64,000 nt of DNA from an uncultured archaeon (GCA_964486045.1 CAZALK010000005.1:32001-96000); one strand, 5' to 3'; counted from the first letter of the stretch, positions 1 through 9,601 are shown. Notes: a model not told the origin generated them from the letters alone. Numbers and translations: made by a program.

Positions 1-846
1 GAAGTACTCAAATTTCCAGATGATCCTGATATGAAACCTTATTTCTATTATAACAATAATAAGGATTATGATCTTTATATGAGAAGTATTTTATTACAAT
101 TTGGTCTATTTAGTTCAAATCCATTTATTCTTTACGTAGAGGGTGAAACTGAGAGAACACTACTACTAGAATATTTAAAAAGAAGAAGATTTATTCGATT
201 TAAAATAAAAAACATAAAAGGAATAGGGAATGTTTCTCATTATATGAAAGTAACTGAAGAATTTGAAGATAAAGAGTTCTACTTCTTTATCGATTATGAT
301 AGTTATAATAAATATAAAAAAAATGCAAGAATGTATGGAGATAATTGTGCTTTCTTCTTTCAAGATTTCGTTACTGAGAACTTTTCCGCAATACAATTTT
401 ATGAAGCTTTTATATCCTGGATCAATACTCTTCATCTAAATATGACAGAATTCCAGAAGGAAGAAATTCAAAAAAGACTACGAAAATCTAAATTATATTC
501 TGAAAAAATTAAAAGTTTAATACAGAGAGGAGAAGAAATTAAAGAAAAACCACAATTAGGCTTTGAAAAAATAATAATTAATTTTTTACGGCAACATTAT
601 TCTTGTGAGATGCAACAAAATTATCCAAAAATTTTAAAACTTAATAAAAAAAACCAAATAGAAAATACTAAAGAATTTGAAGACCTTATAAAAACTCAAC
701 TTGCTTTAAGATTAAAAACTTTTATTGTAGAATCAATGGAGGAAGATCCTCAGCGAAAAGAAAAAATATTTTCCTTTGAAGAAAAATTAAATCCCTTCAT
801 AGAAAATATATTAAAAATTATTAATATTACCCCAATTTCCATTTAG
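1..846 (+). CDS. TOPRIM-domain protein (OLD-family nuclease-like C-terminal part), 5' end probably outside window
   Basis: ILYVEGETE (TOPRIM Glu motif) and FFIDYD (DxD); the frame is open from position 1, upstream of the ATG at 31. Confidence 0.6.
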   Translation, partial: EVLKFPDDPDMKPYFYYNNNKDYDLYMRSILLQFGLFSSNPFILYVEGETERTLLLEYLKRRRFIRFKIKNIKGIGNVSHYMKVTEEFEDKEFYFFIDYDSYNKYKKNARMYGDNCAFFFQDFVTENFSAIQFYEAFISWINTLHLNMTEFQKEEIQKRLRKSKLYSEKIKSLIQRGEEIKEKPQLGFEKIIINFLRQHYSCEMQQNYPKILKLNKKNQIENTKEFEDLIKTQLALRLKTFIVESMEEDPQRKEKIFSFEEKLNPFIENILKIINITPISI

Positions 847-866
847 TAATGAACCGAGGTTAACCA

Positions 867-1802
867 TTAAAATAAATTTTGGGAAATTAAAAGAGAATAC
901 AGAAGATAGAAATTTTTCAAAATTAAAAACAGAAGATAAAAAAATTTGGTATTATCGAAACCTAAATCATATTTCTCGCATATATTTAACAATTTAATGT
1001 GTAACTTTCGGACATATTCAACAGGAGGATGTATCTGACCCATATATAATTCTAAGATTGGTTTCACAGCTTTATTATATTTACCACTCCTTAACTTGTT
1101 TAGAAAATAGTCCGCTTGAGAATCACGTAGGGTCAATCCCGGTGAAAACAGGACAAAATCCGCTCCAGAGTCTTTGGATTGTTTAATTACATCTTCTAAA
1201 TTTTCATGATCATCCTCGAGAAAGGGAATAATTGGCATTAAATATGTTCCAACTTGAATGTTAGGAGCTTGCATTTTAATAGTCTTTATGGCTTCAAATC
1301 TTTCCGAGGGGGGTGAAGAATTAGGTTCTAAAAAACTTGCGAGTTCTTCATTTGTTGTGGTAATTGAGAAGCCTACTGTACTCCAAGTATCGATGGCAAT
1401 GTTTTTTAAAATATCAATATCTCTAACAACTAAATTTGATTTAGTAGCAATATTGAGAGGAAATTTATATTTCTCAATAATTTTTAAAACTTTTCTTGTA
1501 TGTTCAATCTCTTTTTCAATAGGCTGATAAGCGTCATTCACACCCCCTGGAGCAATTACATCAATTAAAAGTGTACGCGCCCTTTTAAATCTCTGGTCGA
1601 GTTTTTTGTCAAAATTAGTTTTTATGATGACCTCGTTTTCAAAGTCTTTTAAATAATATCGCTCACTTCGCGCATCGCAATAAATACAAGCGTGGGCACA
1701 TCCGGAGTATGTGTTTAAAGTATATCGTGACCAAAACCATGAATCAGGGTATTTTAATTTGTTTAAAACTGATTTGAATTCTTTATATTTATACTCGATC
1801 AT
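867..1802 (-). CDS. Radical SAM protein (SPL/Rv2578c-like), C-terminus possibly truncated
   Basis: LNTYSGCAHACIYCDARS CxxxCxxC motif; DAYQPIE and ATKS motifs. Confidence 0.8.
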   Translation of the reverse strand: MIEYKYKEFKSVLNKLKYPDSWFWSRYTLNTYSGCAHACIYCDARSERYYLKDFENEVIIKTNFDKKLDQRFKRARTLLIDVIAPGGVNDAYQPIEKEIEHTRKVLKIIEKYKFPLNIATKSNLVVRDIDILKNIAIDTWSTVGFSITTTNEELASFLEPNSSPPSERFEAIKTIKMQAPNIQVGTYLMPIIPFLEDDHENLEDVIKQSKDSGADFVLFSPGLTLRDSQADYFLNKLRSGKYNKAVKPILELYMGQIHPPVEYVRKLHIKLLNICEKYDLGFDNTKFFYLLFLILKNFYLLYSLLISQNLF

Positions 1803-2374
1803 GATTATGAATTATATTTTTGTATTCCTCAATAATAAACTTAAGGATTTAAGATTTTTGTAAGGAAAAATTAGCATCAATTTGTAAATTAGGAAAACTC
1901 GCCAGGTAAATAAAAAGTGATCTAAATATGGAAATGGAAAAGAAATTTAGCTGGCGTTTTTTCGAATATAAGATACAACTTTATAAATTTAATATTTTGC
2001 TTTCTCCCAAAAAAATTCAATCAATTTTAGTTCAAATAAAATAAGAAATAAATTAAAATTTATTTTCTAAGGTTAAGTAAAAAATACTACAAGTCGAAAA
2101 CATAATCTAAAAATCCATTTCTAATACCCCCTAGAACTAGTGCATTAAGTAGTGAACTCCCCCGATGCACTACTCGATCACAAGTGCATAATGCATTGAA
2201 CTTTAAAACAAAGATCGGTGTGATCAAGTTCATAGTCGAATGAACTCAAACCAATCAAAAATTAAAATTTTATAGGTTTTAATCAAAATCCATTTGAAAA
2301 GAGGTTAAAAAGCAGAAAAGTTAAAATAAATTGAGTACTTTTTTATTTACTGATTTTAATCAAAGGTGTATTAA

Positions 2375-2446
2375 GCGCCCGTTGTGTAGCGGCTATCATC
2401 CAGGACTTCCAATTCTGGGACCCGGGTTCGATTCCCGGCGAGCGCA
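2375..2446 (+). tRNA. tRNA-Gly (UCC), intronless, CCA not encoded
   Basis: GCGCCCG/CGAGCGC-A acceptor (one C.A mismatch); anticodon arm CAGGA-CTTCCAA-TTCTG; T arm CCGGG-TTCGATT-CCCGG. Confidence 0.93.
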
Positions 2447-2611
2447 TCTTAGGAGGGTATTTTAAGTGATTTTAAGTGACCTTCTTTATTCAATTGTAAT
2501 CTAAACAGAATAGGTGTTTTAATAAATCCAAATACGTTTAATGCTAGTGCATTTAAATATGGAAAGCACCGCCATTATAACAAGAAAGATTTTTAAATTC
2601 TCTAAAATAAA

Positions 2612-3901
2612 ATGTATGATTTCAAGGTTAATGATTATATCACGCTAAAGCTCGAAGGGAAGAACACTATCATCTACGTGGCTGGTGTGAGATTCTGGCA
2701 GTGCAAATATTTATTATTAGATATACCTGCTGATAAAGTTAGCTCATTTGATGGTGTTCAATCAATTGATGAGGTAGCTCAAAAGCTGGATAGAGCCTTA
2801 GAGTCGATGGTAAGCCCACAAGAAGATATATACACTATTGACATACCCCCAGAAGTAGGATATTGGGCGCATTGTTCTAATTTACAGGCGTGGAGTGAAA
2901 ATCGCTATAACACGAACCTTTTACACTCCAATTTAGCATTCCCATTATTAAAAAGGCTTGTAGAGGTTGGAGATGAAAGAGCGATGAAAGCATTTAAAGA
3001 GGAGATAGCAAAACGATTAGAGAGTGGATATCTTCCCACGATCAAATATTTGTGGAATCAAGGTTTTATAAAATACCTTACGCGTGAAGAGCTCTCAGCT
3101 ATCCCGAATTTTAAATATAAGGAGCTTAAGTATTTTCTCGATGTCGAGGCGCGCGTAAATGTGAAATTTATATGGTCAAATGACAGAGATGATGTAATAG
3201 AGAATATGGCTCGTTTCTCTGTTATAGAAGAGTGTATCTCTGAGGTGGAACTAAACTCTCAACCTAACTTGAATGTTTTTCCAGAGGTCATTACAAATTT
3301 AAGGCACCTTACTTATTTAAAACTTTATGGAAATTCCATAAAATCAATACCCGATTCGATCGGTAACTTGACATCACTTACATTTTTAGATCTATCGGGG
3401 AATAAATTAACCAAGATCCCAGAGACGATAGGCGGTTGTAAGAACCTTAAGGTTCTTAAATTGCGCGGAAATTTGATAACAGAACTCCCACAATCGATAG
3501 AAAATCTTACCTCTCTTAATCGATTAGAGCTATATAGTAATTCTCTATCTTTACTACCAGACTCTATTGGAAAATTAGTCGATCTTAAAAAATTACATAT
3601 TGGTCAAAACAAGGTAAAAACTCTCCCATCTTCAACACAAAACTTACAATCTTTAGAGAGTTTAGACTTACAAAATAATAAATTTGAATCAATCCCAAAA
3701 TCTGTCGGTAATTTGAAATCGTTAAAATCTCTCTTAATAAATGGGAATAAATTAGAAAACACAGAGGAATTCCGTAAAAACCTTTTAAGTATCAGTGGAT
3801 TAAATTCTTTACAAATTAACAAAAACCAGTTAGGATTATTCAATGAATTTATAAAAAAAATAGAAAGTAAAAATAAACTATTCAGTGTACATTTAGTTTA
3901 A
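2612..3901 (+). CDS. Leucine-rich repeat protein with conserved N-terminal FKVNxxITLKLE domain
   Basis: 23-aa LxxLxLxxNxLxxLPxSIG repeats in the C-terminal half; N-terminus paralogous to 30738..31898. Confidence 0.9.
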   Translation: MYDFKVNDYITLKLEGKNTIIYVAGVRFWQCKYLLLDIPADKVSSFDGVQSIDEVAQKLDRALESMVSPQEDIYTIDIPPEVGYWAHCSNLQAWSENRYNTNLLHSNLAFPLLKRLVEVGDERAMKAFKEEIAKRLESGYLPTIKYLWNQGFIKYLTREELSAIPNFKYKELKYFLDVEARVNVKFIWSNDRDDVIENMARFSVIEECISEVELNSQPNLNVFPEVITNLRHLTYLKLYGNSIKSIPDSIGNLTSLTFLDLSGNKLTKIPETIGGCKNLKVLKLRGNLITELPQSIENLTSLNRLELYSNSLSLLPDSIGKLVDLKKLHIGQNKVKTLPSSTQNLQSLESLDLQNNKFESIPKSVGNLKSLKSLLINGNKLENTEEFRKNLLSISGLNSLQINKNQLGLFNEFIKKIESKNKLFSVHLV

Positions 3902-3911
3902 CCTATATATA

Positions 3912-4073
3912 TTATATATCAAGTTCTAGAAGGTCATTTGGGTTGATAATCTTGGGAAATATGCTACCAACTCCTTCCATTCCATTCCTGTTATTGAAGA
4001 GTTGCGAAATCAATATATGAAATCTATCTGAATCGGCAAATTTGTGAATAGGAAACATGTTGGTTAGTGTAAA
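3912..4073 (-). pseudogene. Short orphan reading frame (53 aa) converging on the LRR gene
   Basis: Open frame FTLTNMFPIHKFADSDRFHILISQLFNNRNGMEGVGSIFPKIINPNDLLELDI*, whose stop lies 10 nt from the LRR stop. Confidence 0.35.
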
Positions 4074-4178
4074 TCATTTAGAACTAAAAGAGCTTTACAA
4101 AGACACAAACCAACTTCTCGACCTTTATTCCCAACTATTACAATTAATTTATAGAATGGAATTTGGGAGGAGATAGAA

Positions 4179-4574
4179 ATGGTTGAAATAAAAACAGCTG
4201 AATATCGAAATTCAAGATCTTCAAAATCTACCCTCAAGAACTATTCCTTATCTCAAGAAATCACAAATTCTCCAAAAATTGATTTTACAACCGAGAATTT
4301 AAATCAAAAAATAGCACAGATTAGGAAAAAATACAAACCAGAACTAAAGAGTATAAGAAAAGCATTTGGAGGTACTCGAAAAGGAAAAAAGCACATTTGC
4401 TACCGCTTTGAGTATAAAGATGAGGTTTATGATTTAGAAATTGATGAATTTGGAAAGTATTACCTACACCCCTTTAACAACTATAAAAAAAGAGATTATA
4501 AACGCTTTTCTTCAGTAAAAGAAATGATAACAGAATTAGAAGATTTTTTGAACACTAAGAAAACTAACCTCTAA
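4179..4574 (+). CDS. Hypothetical basic protein (probably mobile-element derived)
   Basis: 131-aa ORF with strong GGGAGGAG SD; flanked by gene fragments. Confidence 0.6.
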   Translation: MVEIKTAEYRNSRSSKSTLKNYSLSQEITNSPKIDFTTENLNQKIAQIRKKYKPELKSIRKAFGGTRKGKKHICYRFEYKDEVYDLEIDEFGKYYLHPFNNYKKRDYKRFSSVKEMITELEDFLNTKKTNL

Positions 4575-4671
4575 ACAAGTCAGATCTTATTATTTTTTTC
4601 TTTTTATGAATTTCGGAAAATAGCAAAACAAATTTTACTTGATAAGATTATGAATTTGTCCAGATTACTAG

Positions 4672-4902
4672 ACATTCGTTCTCACTCATTTTAAATATAT
4701 AATAAAAGACTATGCAAAAAACGAAGTACTAGCCGAGTTAACCAGCTACCTACTCTTAAAGAAATTTGATGAGACCATTAACTACAATTTTGCTTATAGT
4801 AATGTCTGGGCTAACAAAATAACAAAACATTTTGAACTAGACGAGTTTATCAAATGTTATCAAGCTATTTCTAAATATATTGAAGAGAAGTTAATCTTCT
4901 AA
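4672..4902 (+). pseudogene. ArdC-like/zincin metallopeptidase C-terminal remnant
   Basis: Start-less frame LTH...DYAKNEVLAELTSYLLLKKF...YSNVWANKI resembles the YAxEExxAE motif that follows HExxH in ArdC-type domains. Confidence 0.5.
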
Positions 4903-5109
4903 TTTTTTTATTTTAATTATTGTAAAAAATAACAAGAGGATGATAAAAAATGCTACACAGTAAAGAAAGAATTTTTAAACAAGGGAGTAGATGAGAATTA
5001 TATCAATGAAATCTACCAAAGATCTAGAACTTAAGTTAGAACATTTAAGGGATACTGAAATCATCATTAAAGTACTTAATTTCTTTTAACTTTTCTGCTT
5101 TGAGCAATG

Positions 5110-5784
5110 TTAGTTGATGTTATGGGAAAGTTCATACATATTAATAATCTTACTTATAACAATCCAAGCATCTAAAGAATACTTTGAAATAGAAATTAAA
5201 TTGTTAGACAAACGCATAATAGACTTAGAGTAGCTGTTTTTCTGAAATCCGCCAATAATAGCCACTAGTTCTTGAGATGAAGATTCAAAAAAAAATTTTT
5301 GATAATCTTGTATTAATTTACCCTCGCTTGAACACAAAAGAATTTTAGGAGTTTTAAATGTATCTATGAGATCCTGTAATTCACCATTATACTTGGAGAT
5401 TAATTGGAGCCCATTTACAGTTACATCTCCCTCAATCAAGAGTTTTGCTATTAATCCCTTAAATCTATTGTAATTTCTTGCAATTCTAATTTTTGGGTTA
5501 AATTTAAAAATTTTATTATTAATTGTATGTACATATAGGATTAGATTACTCGATTTATTTAAGGGAGAACCTAAAGCATTAAGCAAACATAGATGAGTAA
5601 TATCTGGTCTACCTCTTTTTTCGGGATGTTCTATATTCCTCATAGCAGTATGATGGAGAGCGGTATCTAAAAGTTGGGAGGAATAGATCTCTGGGGACAG
5701 ATTTTTTTTAACAGCAGAATGGTGTCTAATTTCCTTAGGTATTAATTCTATGCCACATTCTACTAATATAATGATAAGGGGCAT
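5110..5784 (-). CDS. nep1: 16S rRNA pseudouridine N1-methyltransferase Nep1/Emg1
   Basis: LLDTALHH, RGRPDITHLCLL..LGSPLNK, RIARNYNRFKGL, IIGGF. Confidence 0.93.
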   Translation of the reverse strand: MPLIIILVECGIELIPKEIRHHSAVKKNLSPEIYSSQLLDTALHHTAMRNIEHPEKRGRPDITHLCLLNALGSPLNKSSNLILYVHTINNKIFKFNPKIRIARNYNRFKGLIAKLLIEGDVTVNGLQLISKYNGELQDLIDTFKTPKILLCSSEGKLIQDYQKFFFESSSQELVAIIGGFQKNSYSKSIMRLSNNLISISKYSLDAWIVISKIINMYELSHNIN

Positions 5785-5800
5785 GATCTTCTTTAGATAG

Positions 5801-6163
5801 TTAATTCAAATTAGATTCTTCTTTATTCTTTCTGTTAATTTTAATAAAATATCGGGTTGTATTATTACATTCAAAACATGTTAAGGAAACATGAGATCCC
5901 TTTCCTTTATGTGAGTGCATTCTAGTTCTACAATTTAGCCCAGGATATAAGAATTTTTTACAATTATTACATATCCGCTTTTTCCACTTAAGGGGTATAT
6001 CAATTTTTGCTCTTTGAGCGTATCGTCTAGCTAAGTAGATATATCTATTTGATAGATCAGGATTCTCAGGAAATATCTCCTGAGCTTTTTGAAATAAGTA
6101 ATTCATACGAGTTTTCGCTATTCTTTTGATTATTACTCGATGATTTTTACTTTTTTTCCTCAT
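5801..6163 (-). CDS. rnp4: RNase P protein component 4 (Rpp21)
   Basis: IAKTRMNYLF, RYIYLARR, ICNNC...TCFEC zinc ribbon. Confidence 0.92.
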   Translation of the reverse strand: MRKKSKNHRVIIKRIAKTRMNYLFQKAQEIFPENPDLSNRYIYLARRYAQRAKIDIPLKWKKRICNNCKKFLYPGLNCRTRMHSHKGKGSHVSLTCFECNNTTRYFIKINRKNKEESNLN

Positions 6164-6195
6164 TTAAAACAACAACAATTATTAATAATATATTT

Positions 6196-6480
6196 TTATA
6201 TCGATTTGAGTGAAATAATAAAATTTCTACCTCTGACGTCTAACAATTTAGAATTGGTCAATTGCGAAATCGTGTCTGCTAAATCTTTAATGTTAGATTT
6301 TGAAGCTACTGTTTTTAATGCCTTTATTTTAATAACTCTATACCTTTTTAAAAATTTTGCTACATGGCTGATAAACTCATTTGTAATTCCACCTTTACCA
6401 AGAATACAGTGAGGCTGAGATAATAATACTTTCTTAAATTCTTTTTGATAATCCATTGTCTCAGAGCTTATAAAATACAA
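6196..6480 (-). CDS. YhbY/CRM-domain RNA-binding protein
   Basis: LGKGGIT, VIKIK and DVRGRNFII motifs; neighbour of rpp21/rps19e. Confidence 0.85.
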   Translation of the reverse strand: MYFISSETMDYQKEFKKVLLSQPHCILGKGGITNEFISHVAKFLKRYRVIKIKALKTVASKSNIKDLADTISQLTNSKLLDVRGRNFIISLKSI

Positions 6481-6550
6481 AAATTTTTAACTTATTTTAG
6501 CTTTAAAAATGTATTAAATTTAATAAAGAAATACTGAATTAAAGATTAAT

Positions 6551-6979
6551 ATGTCTGTCTTTGTCGTTCAACCTGAGAAATTAATTGAAACTCTAGCAAA
6601 AAAATTAAAGGATTATCCTGAAATATCACCACCGAAAGGTTCAGAATTCTGGAAAACTGCTTTTTTTAAGGAATTAGCACCAAGTGATTCAGAGAATTTC
6701 TGGTACATCCGATGTGCCTCAATCCTTAGAAAAGTGAAGAAATATGGACCAATTGGTGTAAATAAACTTCGAAAATTTTATGGAGGGAAAAATAGAAAAG
6801 GAAAAGGTTTGCATCACTCCGCTAAAGCTAGTGGAAAAATAATAAGGGTTGCTCTTCAGCAATTAGGAAAAGCGAGTTTACTGGTTATGAATGAAAGACA
6901 AGGACGAGTTCTTTCTCCAGAAGGAACAAGTTTAATAGAACGAATGGCATATGAGATTATAAGAAATAAAGAGCAATAA
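6551..6979 (+). CDS. rps19e: 30S ribosomal protein S19e
   Basis: KELAP..NFWYIRCASILRK, GVNKLRKFYGG, SGKIIRVALQQL. Confidence 0.97.
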   Translation: MSVFVVQPEKLIETLAKKLKDYPEISPPKGSEFWKTAFFKELAPSDSENFWYIRCASILRKVKKYGPIGVNKLRKFYGGKNRKGKGLHHSAKASGKIIRVALQQLGKASLLVMNERQGRVLSPEGTSLIERMAYEIIRNKEQ

Positions 6980-7010
6980 TAGGAAAAATGGTAATTATTG
7001 GGGTTTTAAT

Positions 7011-7352
7011 TTGAGTGACGATGACGAATTAGCTAACATTAGGAGGAGAAGGTTAGAAGAATTACAGCAACAAGCAGCGCAACAACATATTGCAGAAACT
7101 CAACAAAAAGATTTTGTAGAAAAAAAGTATCTGATAATGAGGAAGATTCTTAGTGTTGAAGGTAGACAAAGATTAGAAAATATTCGAATAGTTAAACCAC
7201 AGTTTGCAGAACAAATAGAAATGCAACTAATTCAACTATTTCAAAGTGGAAAGTTAAAAGGAGCAGTACCATTACCAGATAAAGCATTTAAAAAACTCTT
7301 AGAGCAATTAACTACATTAGGAAGAAAAAAGGATTATAAAATTAAAAAGTAA
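7011..7352 (+). CDS. PDCD5-family DNA-binding protein
   Basis: DELANIRRRRLEELQQ, RQRLENIRIVKPQFAEQIEMQLIQL. Confidence 0.93.
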   Translation: MSDDDELANIRRRRLEELQQQAAQQHIAETQQKDFVEKKYLIMRKILSVEGRQRLENIRIVKPQFAEQIEMQLIQLFQSGKLKGAVPLPDKAFKKLLEQLTTLGRKKDYKIKK

Positions 7353-7364
7353 GGAGAGAGAAAA

Positions 7365-7526
7365 ATGGCCCGTAATAAAAATCTTCCCTCCAAATTGCGC
7401 AGAGCAAAAAAATCAAACGAGAGTAAAAGTATTCCAAATTGGATTGTGATGCGAACCAAAGGGAAAGTAAGGAATAGCCCGCATTCTAACAGAACATGGA
7501 GGAATACGAGGTTAAAAAGAGATTAA
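7365..7526 (+). CDS. rpl39e: 50S ribosomal protein L39e (not in ORF track)
   Basis: MARNKNLPSKLRRAKKSNESKSIPNWIVMRTKGKVRNSPHSNRTWRNTRLKRD; AAGGAG SD; canonical position before L31e. Confidence 0.95.
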   Translation: MARNKNLPSKLRRAKKSNESKSIPNWIVMRTKGKVRNSPHSNRTWRNTRLKRD

Positions 7527-7565
7527 ATTTAATTTTAAAGAAAAAAATTTACCGTAGTAATCAAA

Positions 7566-8021
7566 ATGGCTAAAAAAAAAGCAAAAGAAATTAATTTAGA
7601 CAATTTAGAAGAAGAGTTGGGTACTCCAGAAGACAAAATACAAGAAGAAAAAATAGAGGAGATTGAGGAATTTAGCCTAGACGAAATTTCAGAAGAAGAA
7701 GAAATTAGTGAAATTTTTGAGGAAGAAGCCGAGATTATTGAAGAAGTTGAGGAACTAGCACCTGAAGAAGAAATCATTGATGAGAGAATATATATTATCC
7801 CTCTTGCAAAAGCTCGAAGAGGACCTAGATATAAATGGGCTAAAAAATCAATTCGATACCTAAGAGAATTTATGACCCGTCATTTCAAACCAGAGTCACT
7901 GATAATATCTCAAGAAGTAAATGAAAGAATATGGGAGCGTGGAATGCAGAAACCCCCTAGAAAATTAAAGGTAAGGGTTACAAAAAATATAGATGGACTA
8001 TGTGTTGTGTATTTAGCTTAA
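7566..8021 (+). CDS. rpl31e: 50S ribosomal protein L31e with acidic N-terminal extension
   Basis: ERIYIIPL...RYLREFMTRH...VNERIWERGMQKPPRKLKVRV. Confidence 0.96.
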   Translation: MAKKKAKEINLDNLEEELGTPEDKIQEEKIEEIEEFSLDEISEEEEISEIFEEEAEIIEEVEELAPEEEIIDERIYIIPLAKARRGPRYKWAKKSIRYLREFMTRHFKPESLIISQEVNERIWERGMQKPPRKLKVRVTKNIDGLCVVYLA

Positions 8022-8104
8022 ATTTTATACTAAATTAGTTTTAAAGGGAATATCCTATTTTTATTATAATTTATGAGAACCGGATAAATCTATCACCTTA
8101 AATA

Positions 8105-8785
8105 ATGGCAATTTTAAAATCTCAAGTTTTTGGCCGCAGTTTAATTGGAGTATACCTTTCTGCTAACAACGCCTACGTTCTTTATCCACCTACCTTATTA
8201 AAGCCATCACTTATTAAGTATAAAAATATTTTTAAAGAACCTTTTTATCCCACGACAATTCATGGTTCTAATCTCTTAGGAATATATACAGCATCAAATA
8301 AATTTGGGATAATTGTCCCTCACATCATTAAAGATGATGAATATGAGAAATTAAATGAAATTTTTAAGGAAGAAAATAACTCTCCTCGAATAGGTGTCCT
8401 GAAATCTATTGATAATGCATATGGTAATTTGATTCTTTGTAATGATAAAGGAGCTATAATTAGTTCACTATTAAAAGATTTTAAAAGGGAAATTGAGGAT
8501 ATATTAAGTGTTGAAACTGTTGTTTTTGAATTTGCTAATAGTTATCTTCCCGGTTCAATTTCACTAGCAAATAATAATGGTTGTTTAGTACACCCTTTAT
8601 CTACAGATGATGAAATAGAATTTATATCGTCTATATTAAAAGTGGATGAAGCTGATGTCTCCACTATTAATCGTGGAGTGCCTTATCTCAGTTCAGGGGC
8701 GATAGTAAGTGATGAAAGTGGGATTTTTGGTGTGAATTGCACAGGACCTGAATTGATGAGAATCACGAGCGTATTACAGTTATAA
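8105..8785 (+). CDS. eif6: Translation initiation factor 6 (aIF6)
   Basis: GNLILCNDKGA, ANNNGCLVHP, TINRGVPYLSSG, TGPELMRI. Confidence 0.96.
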   Translation: MAILKSQVFGRSLIGVYLSANNAYVLYPPTLLKPSLIKYKNIFKEPFYPTTIHGSNLLGIYTASNKFGIIVPHIIKDDEYEKLNEIFKEENNSPRIGVLKSIDNAYGNLILCNDKGAIISSLLKDFKREIEDILSVETVVFEFANSYLPGSISLANNNGCLVHPLSTDDEIEFISSILKVDEADVSTINRGVPYLSSGAIVSDESGIFGVNCTGPELMRITSVLQL

Positions 8786-8879
8786 TGCTTCGGAAAAAGT
8801 ATTTGTAAAAAGCAAAATTTAATATTTTTCAAAGTATTAGTCTTTTTTATAAACATAGAAATAATGGATCTAAGTAGCA

Positions 8880-9107
8880 TTGTCAGATATTAAAATTTAT
8901 AGAATCATTGGTAATTACCAAAAAAAATTCAAGAAATATTTATTTCGAAAAGAAGTTCGAGCTTTGAAAGAGGAAGATGCTCTTGAAAAAGTTCTATGCC
9001 GTATTACTTCTATTGGAATTTTACGTCGCCAAATTAATATTCAAGAGATCAAAGAAATAACTTTAGAAGAATCTCAAGATTATTTAATAAGGGAATTATC
9101 AAATTAA
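8880..9107 (+). CDS. rpl18a: 50S ribosomal protein LX/eL20 (L18Ae)
   Basis: KIYRIIG...FRKEVRALKEEDALEKV...RRQINIQEIKEI; operon position. Confidence 0.9.
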   Translation: MSDIKIYRIIGNYQKKFKKYLFRKEVRALKEEDALEKVLCRITSIGILRRQINIQEIKEITLEESQDYLIRELSN

Positions 9108-9134
9108 ATAAAAATTTAAGTTGAGTAGATAGAA

Positions 9135-9548
9135 ATGAAATCTCAAAATTATCAAGATCAATTACAAATGTTCAGCTACTTGAAACAGCAAAGAGACATA
9201 TATCAGGGGCAATTGGAATATGTTAATGCAATCATCGCAAACTATATTAATACCAAGAAAACACTTGAAAATTTAAAAGAAGGAGTTAACGTAGGTGACG
9301 AAATCTTAGTGCCTTTAGGCGGCATCGCAAATATCAAAGCAACTATTAAAGACACCGAAAAAATTTTAGTAGCAGTAACCCAAGATGTGATAATAGAGAA
9401 AGATCTTGATAGTGCAATCGAGTTTCTTGAGAAACGGATAGAGCAGCATAATAAAGAATTACAGTTCATTAGAACTCAATTACAGAATTTTGAAGTGAAT
9501 ATGCAGAAAACCTCTCAACAACTTCAACAAGGGTATCAACGACAGTAA
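9135..9548 (+). CDS. pfdA: Prefoldin alpha subunit
   Basis: Coiled coils flanking EILVPLGG...KILVAV..DVIIEKD. Confidence 0.93.
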   Translation: MKSQNYQDQLQMFSYLKQQRDIYQGQLEYVNAIIANYINTKKTLENLKEGVNVGDEILVPLGGIANIKATIKDTEKILVAVTQDVIIEKDLDSAIEFLEKRIEQHNKELQFIRTQLQNFEVNMQKTSQQLQQGYQRQ

Positions 9549-9601
9549 ATTAACTTAACTATTGTAATTTTAATAAACTTGTTTGTTTAATTCTAATTTT
9601 T

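Noticed and set aside
7535-7777. Ser-rich antisense ORF (and similar short antisense ORFs throughout the track)
   Set aside because: Mirror of Glu-rich GAA codons in rpl31e; shadows of confident genes
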